From Epiperipatus broadwayi (taxonomy: Eukaryota; Animalia; Onychophora), in assembly GCA_028023455.1 (NCBI GenBank), contig JAQFVV010000006.1, positions 7,130,001 to 7,194,000 of the forward strand: a DNA stretch of 64,000 nt, written 5' to 3'. Under the pieces are notes generated by a model. It ran no database searches. It saw nothing but the letters and a program-made list of their open reading frames with translations, and was not told the origin of the DNA. The position numbers and the translations under genes are program-made. Positions within the stretch are counted from its first letter, which is position 1, and each line of letters starts with the position of its first letter. Positions 53,372 to 64,000 of this stretch are shown here, one piece after another.

Positions 53372-53988
53372 TTACACAGAAGCTAAACTCTCCCTACAGT
53401 AGTGCCACTCAGTGCAATCCAGAGTAATCAATGGTTGCACTGATTACCCTGGCTTGCATTGAGTGGTGCTACTGTATGGAATGTTTAGCCTCTGTGTATA
53501 AACGGCTTGGGTAAGCATAAAGAATGGTGATCAAGTAAGGTTTAGTGGTTTAATATCAATCCTGCCCAAGAGGATTATGGTGACTGTGATTATTAAAGAA
53601 CCAAATATACCAAAAAGTATGGATGCTGAACTGAGTTCAGATCTATATGACTATACAAGCTAATGATCTTGAATTGAAAACATTATTGTGTTTTCATTTT
53701 GGACTCAAAGCTTTAAGTTGGCTAACACGGTAAAAGGTGGCTGCTGAAGGGGTGCATTAGATCCTAAAATCTAGGCACAGTGTGCTCAGATCCAAGGCTT
53801 CTCACTGATAAAAGCCACTAGCTAGAAACTAGTCTAGGGATACTGGATGAGTAGGCACTGGATAGATATTTTAGGCAAAAACCTTCCTGCATCCATTGAT
53901 TACTCTGGCTTGCACTGGGTGGCGCTACTGTATGGAGAGTTTAGGCTCTGTGTAAACATAAAGAATGGTGATCATGAGATGTGTTTAT
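53372..53988 (+). mobile_element. Family B element: 5' hairpin (~60-bp arms) plus ~1.2 units (~452-nt period); HHR at 53805 carries G8A
   Basis: Homologous to 26594-27300; inverted arm at 53372-53433. Confidence 0.82.
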
Positions 53989-55134
53989 TTTTATTCTTCT
54001 AGAGTTAGAATGCAGAATGGATGTATGAGTTTATAAGTGATTGATGAAGATGTATTATTGTTATTAGGGGTTAATAATTATATTCTTGTTATCTTATTTT
54101 TTAAAAAAAAAGACTATGACAATTTCACCATTGAAATAATGCTAATATGGACTTTATATAAGAAAATACTGAAAAGTTTAAACATTTAATAATTTTTGGT
54201 AGCCTCTTGGCAAAGGCACCCACAGCAAAAATCCCTTAATGGTTATATCAAACATTTTCAAAAATAAATTTCTATTTGTTTATTGTAGAAATATTCCATA
54301 GCGGCAAATTAAAAGCTAAACTTAGTAACGAATTAAAAAGTTGCTGACATAAATTTTTTTTTTCAGTTTTATGTTACGGAAAAGTAAATATTTTTTTTGC
54401 TAAAATCTTAAATATTTTTACTAAAATCTTAAATATTTTTTTTAAATAATTTTATTTTTAGCATTATTTAGTAAAATAATTATAATTGGTCAGAAAATAC
54501 TTTTATAATTGTCTAAAATATTTGTTTATCATTTTCGAATTGAAAATCTTAGCATTTTTCTTTGATTATGTGATTTCTTTGTCCTTGCCAGCCAATCAGA
54601 CTGTCTTTGAAGGCTAACAGCCAATCACCAACAAGCTTTCTTCTTTGATAAGCTTTACCACCAGTTTTATTGATTTTTTACTTGTAAAATAATTCAAGAG
54701 AGGGCAGCATCTTATAGAACTTTTAAAAACCTATCTAATAAGTGTATAATGTCTATCTTAGCATTACAAATGACGGAATTAGAGTGACGTCAATCATCCA
54801 CGAAACGTCTCGTAAGTATCAGCACAAAGGTTAACCAATTATAGAAAGAAAATTATTAATAATTATTAATTATTAATAATTAATAATTATTAATTATTAA
54901 TAATTGAAATACTTTTCATTAATGCACTCCCTATTACATTGAACTTGATAACTCCATTAAGGAATCTTTGGGAGTTTCTTCAGAAAAAGTGTTTTTGTTT
55001 CATAAATTTAGATCATAGTATTAACATTACCCTACATAATAATAACATGCATTTTTTTGTTTAAAAAAAGAATTTCCTATAATGCTTTTTATTGATGTTT
55101 TAATAGACAAAAAAATCTTAAGAGGGCTGCATCA

Positions 55135-55965
55135 GACTGTGTCTAAGATTGCAATTTGTTGGATAATAAGAGAATAGCCAAAATAGTATTTAATTGGGTT
55201 ATGAGTAAAGGGCAAGCAACAGGATGGATGAGAAAAGTAGTGCGGTATGCAGAAGATTTGGGTAAAGAATTTATGACTTATACAAAAGGTGAAATAATTG
55301 TGTTAGGAGAATTGTTGAGTGTTATAGTGGCAAAGAATGGGATAGAAGAATAGATGTACAAAGAATTTAAATATATATAGAAGTAATTAGAATATTGGGT
55401 GCAATTAATTTATGATAATAGCAAGAAAAGTAATTTACTAGTTAAGGCTTGAACAGGATCTTTAGCAATATACACATAAGTGGAACAATGTGGGTGATTT
55501 ATTCTGCAAGTTGTGTAAAAAAGGCGTTGGTGGTCAAATGGTCAGCACAGCTGCCTTATAAGCAGTTGTTTGCGGGTTTGCTTCCCGGCCGATGCTTTAA
55601 CACATGAGAGAAAAAAAAATATTAGGCATCTGTTAATTGAATGTAAATGTCTGCAAGCATAAAAGATACAAATAATGAGATTGTGGAAGAAAAAATATAA
55701 ACAAAGTAAGCATACAAAAAGTGGGTTCTTGCCTTTTATGCTGGGTTTGGAAAAAAAATAAGAGAGATTTAGATATAAAGGCGATGGAGTTGACAAATAT
55801 TATATTTTGAAAATGGGATGGAGCAGGATAGAGAAGAATATGGGGAAAAACTACGGAGGGAATGAAAAGAGAAGCTAAGGTGGCTAAGAGGTTTCTCTGG
55901 GCATAATAGCTGTGAGATTCCTGACTCTGAAAAAGGAAAAAACACAGTGCATCACATTGCATCAA
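55135..55965 (+). mobile_element. LINE ORF2 C-terminus and 3' UTR, interrupted by a tRNA-Val-like SINE at 55524-55619
   Basis: LDNKRIAKIVFNW..GWMRKV, NLNIY, K..TGSL, LIEC, LGLE fragments. Confidence 0.55.
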
Positions 55966-58900
55966 CATCTAAGAAATTTCTTTGGGTTTTTTTTGATAAA
56001 AGTCAACACCAAGAGGATGTTCATAACCTACTGGTCTCATTTTTATGTGAAGATTTTGAACTATAATGATATGTGATTTTTCACTTTTTTCTAAAATATT
56101 TAAAGCAATTTTTTACACACTAATTTGGTTGATTATTATTTAAAACAAAAAGAAATACATAGGGAAACTTTCAATTTATTCATTTACGTGTTATTTTTAG
56201 AAATATGAGTTAATAAACTTGACCATAATATAAAGAAAAAACACACAGTATCGCTGTTTTTTTAAAAAATCTTTTCAAATATTGTAATTATTAGAAAAAT
56301 ATCACATTTAAAAGCAAAATTTGAGTTAATTTTTAGAAAAAGTGTTTATGTAAACATTTGTGATGACATTGTGGTCATCATCATCATCAACCATTAACAA
56401 TCCACAGCAGCATGGTCCCTCCAAGTTCAATGACATTATATGGCATATTGTCATATTTACAGATCAATTTTAACTTTTTTAAAATGGTCAAATGCAATTT
56501 TTTTAAGAAATATTATTTGTTTATAAAATTAAATTAAAAAGAAATTAAGTCCAATTTATTGAACTTTAATATAAAATAAAGATTTTATATGAACAGAAAG
56601 GGTGAGACTCTCACGGATAAAACAATAAATAATATCAGAATTTGAAACAATTATTGATTTAAATATCCTCACTGTATATCAAAATTTAACTTATTATTAT
56701 TATCCTGTTGAAATTTTATTGATTATAAAATTACACTTGCCATCCATTGTAATTTAAATAGTTATTGATAATTCTGGCAGAAAACTGCATCATCTGGTGG
56801 CAGAAAGTGGTAGTTCACATGCAACACAAGCATCCTCATATGACTGAAATATATCAAAATTGTCATATATTGTTATTAACATCTTATTGTTCCATTTCAA
56901 TAGGCACCATGATTACAACCTAAACAGCATTAGAATTTCATTATCACTATGTTACAAAAGTAAAAGTATTACAAGTATTAATTGCTTGGAATTTCGTAAA
57001 AAATTTGGTTACCAGAAATGATGGAGTAGAAACATGATTAATGAATATTGAATTCCAGAGACTTGCCACTTTATTAATGTGTTAATTCACATGGGAATAC
57101 CTCTTTCAAGATTACCCTTTTACTGCATCACTGACTACATTGTGAGATCCAAGATCTACTGAAAACACCATTTCAAATAAGCACTATGCCTTCTATGTCA
57201 AGCTGAATAAAGATCTAGTGGTTTGTTTAAAACATTAAAAAGCATACAACTGAATTCATGCTCAAATTTATGAACAAGGCAGGTAAATACTTTGTCCATC
57301 AACCTTTCCTTTGATGGGATGATTATGCTTCCCAGGTAAGAGGTAATCTGCAATGTATAAAGACTTTGACTTAGTAATTAAAGAATTGATTGTCAGCTGC
57401 ATATTATCACTTTTGGCTTTTTAAAAACCTCTTGCAGCTAATATGAGTCTCCTGAAATACAATTCCACTAAGCATAAGATGGATGAACTAATTTGAAGAG
57501 GATTTTCATTTTTGATTTGGATAAATATTAAGATAAGATAAACTGAGTTTCCTAGGTGAAAACAGATATTTCTGTAGAAGATATTCTTGACATTTGAAAT
57601 GATCATGTTTGGTATCACCATGTCATCATTTTCACTTTGAGAACCTAGGAACCTCACCTCTGCAGCTCTGACATTATTCACCACAATTCTGGAGTTCAGA
57701 TAAATAATAGTTATGTATTCATAATCTGCATCATTCATCAAGATGAAGTCTGCTTTCTATGCAAGTGATTTGTTTCACAAGCTAAGGCTTGCTATTTTCA
57801 GGATGGATCATTGGAAAGCGTTTGTCAAGCAATCCTAAAAGATGAATCAATATATTCTTTCCTTTGCTAGATATAACAGTATAGATGCCCTTAAGTTTTC
57901 TTTGAACTGGACGTGTGAAATGAATAAATAGTACAACTTTCTTATGAAAGCATTTTGTGATCAACATCATCTTGGCTTTCATTGGAGAAAATACCTTGCT
58001 CATGTTACAAATTCACCCCCCTCCCCCCATACACCACTAGTTAGTGCTTTCATTGGAAAGATATGATTGACAGAAGACTACGGTGAAGAGTCACAATCAG
58101 ATTAGGTGTTTACATGTCTCAGGTAAAAAGAATTTGCTGGAAAAGTGAAAAAGCAACATTTCAAAATATTGAACAATCAGAATTCAATAGCATATGGATG
58201 GGTGCATTTGTGTTTCTCAGACCGGTTTGTATAGTTATTGTAAGACTCAAATCGGAAAGGCCAGACTCGCAGTGGGTAACAACCACCACTGATCGTATAT
58301 ATATATATATATGATGTTTGAATTTTATTAAAATCATTTTCAGCACATTTTTTTAATAATTATATATTTTTAAATGATTTAAAACTTTGTTTCGTTTCTC
58401 TTTAAGTCTACAGATCGGATATCATTATTTGAGGATTATAGCTAAAATCATCTCTTGAAAAGTAGCCTAACGAACGTCCTTTTTTTATTTTTATAAAATC
58501 ACTTAAGAGAAGAACTATAAAATGACGAAGTCAATGCAAAAGATGTTGGTCTTCGTTAAATAATTAGCCTGGTTCTTCAAGAGATTAATTATTACCTAAT
58601 GACTAGATTGCTTGAAAGTCGCTTCAGGAGAGTTTTCTTTTATAAATCAAGTCTGCAATTTTAGCAATTAATAAAAACTGATAATTTTGGCGTATTGCGT
58701 GCGTCTGTTAAATGTCAGATAAAAACTGAATAACTTAATTAAGTCAACAAATAAGTAAAAACAATGATTTTAGCTGCAACATTTACTGTATGTTTCTTTT
58801 TTCTTTACTATATATGCTAAAGATTTTCACGGGGACAAAAATATAAACTGTTTTCGGGTATATCGGTGTATGTGGCTGCTTGTTATTAGCATTCTGGAGC

Positions 58901-59396
58901 ACTGATTTTCGGTTGGACTTGTCAATGCCATAAACAAACACCTCCACACGGATGAATTTGAAACAGTATTCGCGCACATATATAGATTCACGTGTTCTAG
59001 CAATATAAACCAACGGTGTAATGGCTTGATCAAAAAGTGTCGAATCTTAGATCAATTTGCAGGTGGTGGTAAAAAATGGAATTAAAAAAAAAAGTGAAAG
59101 AAAAGAGACTCGACTTGTTCACTTGAGTAAAATTATTACGTATTTCTAGAATTCTATTTGCTTAATCTTGGTTAACTTTCAGTACATCTATTTGTATAAG
59201 AAGTAAAAAAATATTTTTTAAAGTATGATAGATATTTTAGACAAAGATCAGAGTACTGAAAGACTTTTTTTAAAAAAAATATCAGTGCGGTAGTTTCTTA
59301 TGGCCAACTTGTAAAAGATCACCATGAAATCAAATTCTTTCCCATAATCCATCTTAAATCACCGCGCAATAAGAGAAGAGCAGCTCTCCATCTCAG

Positions 59397-59864
59397 TGCC
59401 ATCTAGTGTAAGCTTGAGTAACCAATGACTTTCAGATAGTCTCTCCCTGATTGATTTCTGGTCGTACCTTTTATTAATGAAGACATGTTAAAGACTTAAA
59501 ATTCAAAGCAGATGGCACTGGGGTTGTTGTCTCACTATGTTATTTAAACTGAATGTTTCATGATTTGTTGCTGATCAGGGAAATGGTACGTTAATGAAGA
59601 ACTGAAGATAATAAAACATAGTTGTAGATTTGATTTCAACTCCATATAACAGTGGAAGTAGAATGATTCAGGTTCAATGTCTTAAGCTTGATGGTGTAAG
59701 ACAGAGTTAAGCAGGGTTGCTGGATGTATACTTGTTTCCTTCCAATCCTAAGATTCATCGAAGTGGCAAAAGCTGAAAACTGATCTAGGAACGGGAATTG
59801 AAATGCTAAGGATAGGGATTTTTTATATGCATCTGATGGTTACTCAATCTTACACTAGATGGCA
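59397..59864. mobile_element. MITE-like segment with 28-bp inverted ends (TGCCATCTAGTGTAAG(C/A)TTGAGTAACCA)
   Basis: Arms at 59397-59424 and 59837-59864; a third copy of the motif at ~48995; no TSD seen. Confidence 0.5.
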
Positions 59865-60374
59865 TTAGGGTTGATAACTTCTCTTGCATTATTGTGTAGT
59901 TTAAGCAGTGTTTGATGATTTATTGTTATTATTCAAAACACGGCAACTAGCTAGGATTTTTCTTCTCAATATTTACGAATATTCTTTTGCTAAAGATTAT
60001 TTACCAAAATATTTCCCTTTTTTGCATTGTATGTAATTCTTTTTAGTATACCAGCACAGCACTTCAATGTTCAAAACCATGATTCACATGACCTACCAAG
60101 CAACTAATCATTCAATTATTTTATTTTGTAAGATTTAGTCCAGTGACAAATGGGGACTTGAAGATCCTTATATTGAAGCCCAATCTGTAATTTCTTATGA
60201 CTGAATATTAAACGATCTTTTAAACAATTCTCCCCCCCCCCCAGTTATTTATTTATTTTTAAAATCGTATCTATAAAACATCTTTTTCATTTTATTTTAC
60301 AATCACTTCTTAAACTCTGTTGTGGTTTTTTTTATCTGAAACATTACTAGACTTTATAATATTTCTCTAGTATA

Positions 60375-60875
60375 ATTTTCATTACACCACTCTCACACAA
60401 GATAGAAACTGGTATCCATCCACTTTTAACACCTGGTGGAGACATAAACATGTGACCAAATCACGTGTAAAAGATATATGATCTCCAAGATGACATTTCA
60501 TGCTAAAACAGCACCCATCAGTTGGCATAGATCACAATCTCTCACACATATCTTTTATATAATATTAAATCACCCATGCACTTTACTACTGTTACACAAT
60601 GCTCTGCAGTTAAAGTTAGGAGATATAAAAGTTCTGAAAAAGATTTCAGGGCCAATCGAAACTGTAAAACAGGGTGGTAAATAGAGCATTGTATAACAGT
60701 TGTAAAGTGCGTGGATGATTTAGTATTATATGATATACATTTGGCAATGCAATAAGCAAGATTAGTTATTATATATATTTTTTAGTCATATGTTTATAAT
60801 TACATTCTCCACAAGATGTAAAAAGTGGATTGAAACCAGTCCTTTACCTCATGTGAGAGTGGTCTAGTAAAAATT
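60375..60875. mobile_element. MITE-like element with ~65-bp imperfect inverted ends
   Basis: accactctcaca..ctggt..atccactttt.aca.ct.gtggag at both ends, inverted; a solo copy at ~34195-34260. Confidence 0.6.
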
Positions 60876-61258
60876 ACACTACAAAAATATTATTCATTAA
60901 TCAGATAATCTCTAGTTGAATGAATAACAATAAAAATTAATATAATCCTAGATTTTAATTTATTGGGTTTTTTTTTTTTTATTAAGGTGTACGTTTTTAA
61001 TGAAAAAAAGAAATACTATTTTAACACTTTTTTTTTTACACATTTCATTAAAAGAACAGATAGTCTAGAAACTGAAAAATTAACTTTGCAAATAAAAAAA
61101 TATAGTATTAAATAATCAAAACAGTAGATTTTATTTACGTTTTCAGTGTAAAAAAAAATTTAACAAACTTAAGTATTCTTCAAAGAAATATTCAATTTAA
61201 GGCAAATTTTATTGAAGCATAATGTCAAATAATGAAAACATTCTTTAAAATATTCAAC

Positions 61259-61352
61259 TTTTTTTTTCATGTGTCAAAGCACAGCTGGGAAGCAAACCCA
61301 TGACAACTGCTTGTAAGGCAGCTGTGCCAAACCCTCGGCCACCGACACTTGA
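61259..61352 (-). mobile_element. tRNA-Val-like SINE with TSD aaa(t)attcaactttt
   Basis: Homologous to the 5414 copy; flanking direct repeat. Confidence 0.8.
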
Positions 61353-62589
61353 CAAAATTCAACTTTTAATTGCAAAAGAAAAATTATTTACAATAGGTGT
61401 TTCCTGTTTAATGTTTATCATAAATTTTCAAGTAACTAATTTACTGCTAAAAAGCTAATATTTTCAAATAAAATTTAAATGTCACATATTTACTAAAAAG
61501 CAAATACTTGTAATTTTATAAAAGATAAATAAATTTTTACAATCCAAAAAAAGAAAAACCTATGTTATGCAAATGGAAAAGTATATTCACACTTTTGTAA
61601 AGAATGAATACTCTATTTTCTTCTTTTTGGATGATTGATAACTGCTGGCATCTGAGTACTTTTAGTTAGAATTTATATCCCACTGTTATTATACATTAAA
61701 ATCATTTGACGCCTTTTTAAAATTAAAACTACTTGAGACAAATTCTTGATATTGAGATCAATTACAATCATTTCTAGCACTAGGTTTAAAGGACTAAAGT
61801 GCACCAATTTTTAAGTCTTTCCCCAAAAAATAATTCAATTTTTATCTTGATACGAACAGGATCAGTTACCATAACTCTCCTGAGCAACTGATTATACGAC
61901 TGTTTTATGATCATTCAACACAGATAAAAAAAAGCCTATTGTTGCTTTTTATTTAATTTATTAGCACAGTATTTCTATGCACAGTAATATTGTTTTAATA
62001 TCTCAATGATGTTTTGTTGCGTAGGAAGAATACTCTCAAACCAAAGCTCAAAATAGAGACTTCGAAAAAATAAAAGTGGCCTTCTTATCTTTGTACCTAA
62101 ATTCACTTATATAGGCCAATCTAAAGCACCTTGGAATGAGAGTATACAGATTTTCCATTAATCACTTTACATCCATAAACTTTATTCCACCCATTAACTA
62201 TCGTTAAATCTTCCAATTTGCTGCCTGTTAATATTATGAAATATCAGAATCTATATAACTCTATATTTAATTTACAAGCACAGTATTCATATATAATTTT
62301 TAATCACAAGTGAATTACATCCTATACATATGCGCTGTAACAAAACATCATTGAGGTATTAAAACAATATTGTAACGCATGTGTATAGAGTGCAATTCTC
62401 TTCTGATTAAATAGCCCTTTATTTTACAAACTTTATATATTTAATTGACATAAAATAAGCAAAAATATATTTATTTTTAACATGTATATTTAATTGAAGA
62501 GGATTTGAACACAGATTTTTTAAGCTTTCATCAGCTATTCTCTCCGTTTTATATAACCAATGCACACGACCACACACATGTGAATAAGA

Positions 62590-62660
62590 TAAAAGATCTG
62601 CAAAATATGTATTTTGTGCTGAATCAGCATTCATCACTCAGTCCAGATCCCCATCTTCCT
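62590..62660 (-). repeat. Decayed family A HHR fragment
   Basis: Reverse complement gatggggatctgg..GTGATGAATGCTGATTCAGCACAAAATACAT aligns to the 10261-10305 motif. Confidence 0.55.
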
Positions 62661-63881
62661 CATATATATATATAATCAATGTTCAGTTTATATTAACGCA
62701 GCAAATCTTTAAACTTTATTGGATGGACTTCAATCCTCTCCAAAAACTATCATAACATTAGCAAACATGACTTTTCTTACACAGTCTAATTTTCATGTTA
62801 TTGTAAAGATATTTTTCCATTAGTCACATACTTACTTTTATTAATACTGCATTAATTGCTTTTTTATTGATGATGCAAAATGCCATCTATTTCATACTGC
62901 TATGTTTAAAGCTATTACAATTTCTATTACTTATAAAGATCGTTTTTGAAGGTCTACTGAAGATGTCAGATAAAAAAGCTTTGGATATCAATTATAAAAA
63001 GTTGTAATCATTAACGTAACATTTCAAGGATTAGAATATCGGCTTATTATTGACACGAAGGGATCAAATCAGATAAAACTTAGACTTCCCCCTTCAGATT
63101 CTAGGCAAACTTACTTTTTTTCGGGCATGTAAACATTTACATTGGAACCTACAATGAAGAAATGAAAGTGAAATTACATAAATGGAACATGTTGTGCAAA
63201 GATATGACAATTGATATAGACTTAAATCTGAATCCAGAACGTTTATATACTAGGTGGGTAATGGCTGGATCTTGTTTCAAAGTCATGGAGAACTTATGGA
63301 CTGAAAAAAAAAATTAGGAATAAATTTAGAGAAATCTGTCTGCAATGGAATGACAATCCTTAAAATTTCTGAAATAAGTCTCCATCTATTTTTCCCAAGA
63401 GAGAAAAGTAAAAAAACAAACAAACTATAAACTTTTACCACCAGGACATATTAATCCTGGAAAGAGAAAGTAATGCCTTATACCATATTGTTTCTTGTCA
63501 ATTTCTATCTCAGCTGCAAGCTATTGGGAGAAGTTTTATATTTACAAATCCATAGACAAGAAAATGAGGAATCAAAATAAGCTTTGGTTTTATTGTGAGC
63601 GAACTTTTTAGAAGCAGAACAAATAATAAAGAAATTATGGGCTGAATCTGAACTATTAAATTTCAATTCTCAAATATCACATGACATCCTAAGCAACAAA
63701 AAATTTGTCTCTTATTGATAAATAAATTTCATAATAAATTACTTATTTCTAAAATGACTAACAAATATTATTTAAGTGCGTTATTAGTTATTGAACTTTT
63801 ACGCTCATAAATGTCGTTTTTCTACAACGAAATGAACAAGTCTATTAACAAATCAAATAAAACAAAAAAAACATCACTTAC

Positions 63882-63953
63882 CTTATAGCTCACTCGCAGT
63901 GGGACCGCTGGAATTTTCATATAGAGAAACATATTATTCTGTTCAGCTCTTTT
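63882..63953 (-). CDS. BLTP2: BLTP2/KIAA0100/hobbit internal coding exon (KRAEQNNMFLYMKIPAVPLRVSYK)
   Basis: 72 nt, phase 0/0, flanked by ttaaacag and gtaagt on the minus strand. The peptide matches my recollection of the conserved BLTP2 C-terminal segment (ERA..NN.F.Y.KIP.VPL.VSYK). Confidence 0.92.
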
Positions 63954-64000
63954 CTGTTTAATATAAACATAAACGTAAGAGTAAATACATATAGGCAAAC

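Larger units (their letters stand above)
3451..63881 (-). other. BLTP2: ~60.4-kb GT-AG intron of BLTP2
   Basis: The two exons join in frame (..VSYK|GEKEK..) with no missing conserved residues, so no intervening coding exon is needed. Confidence 0.85.

Noticed and set aside
54768-54816. GAAACGTC as a zero-loop HHR end
   Set aside because: No CTGANGA core or stem II upstream.
60144-60186. Possible plus-strand exon DKWGLEDPYIEAQS
   Set aside because: Weak donor (TCT|gtaatt), 43 nt, and an unrecognised peptide.
73-62637. Most short ORFs in the six-frame track
   Set aside because: They lack splice context or recognisable motifs. They are chance ORFs in AT-rich DNA, antisense shadows of RTE (39921, 41550, 42085, 32247) or TE fragments.

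Overview
Very AT-rich animal (probably arthropod-like invertebrate) genomic DNA. Nearly the whole window is one ~60.4-kb intron (3451-63881) of a minus-strand BLTP2/KIAA0100/hobbit gene; two consecutive C-terminal coding exons lie at 63882-63953 and 3310-3450, and the terminal exon was not found in the window. The intron is full of mobile DNA: a TSD-bounded full-length RTE LINE, other LINE remnants, Penelope-like (PLE) GIY-YIG remnants, tRNA-derived SINEs, and hAT and Merlin DNA-transposon derivatives. The main unexplained signal is an unusual density of self-cleaving ribozyme motifs. About 22 intact or decayed minimal type I hammerhead (HHR) motifs fall into at least five repeat families. Several sit in non-coding 355-463-nt units found as tandem dimers, circularly permuted monomers or 5'-inverted hairpins, i.e. 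retrozyme-like, PLE-associated elements. One family has a compensatory U3-A8 core. An HDV-like ribozyme fold starts exactly at the 5' end of the RTE element. All structures were read by eye; no folding, alignment or database search was run, and repeat boundaries are approximate.
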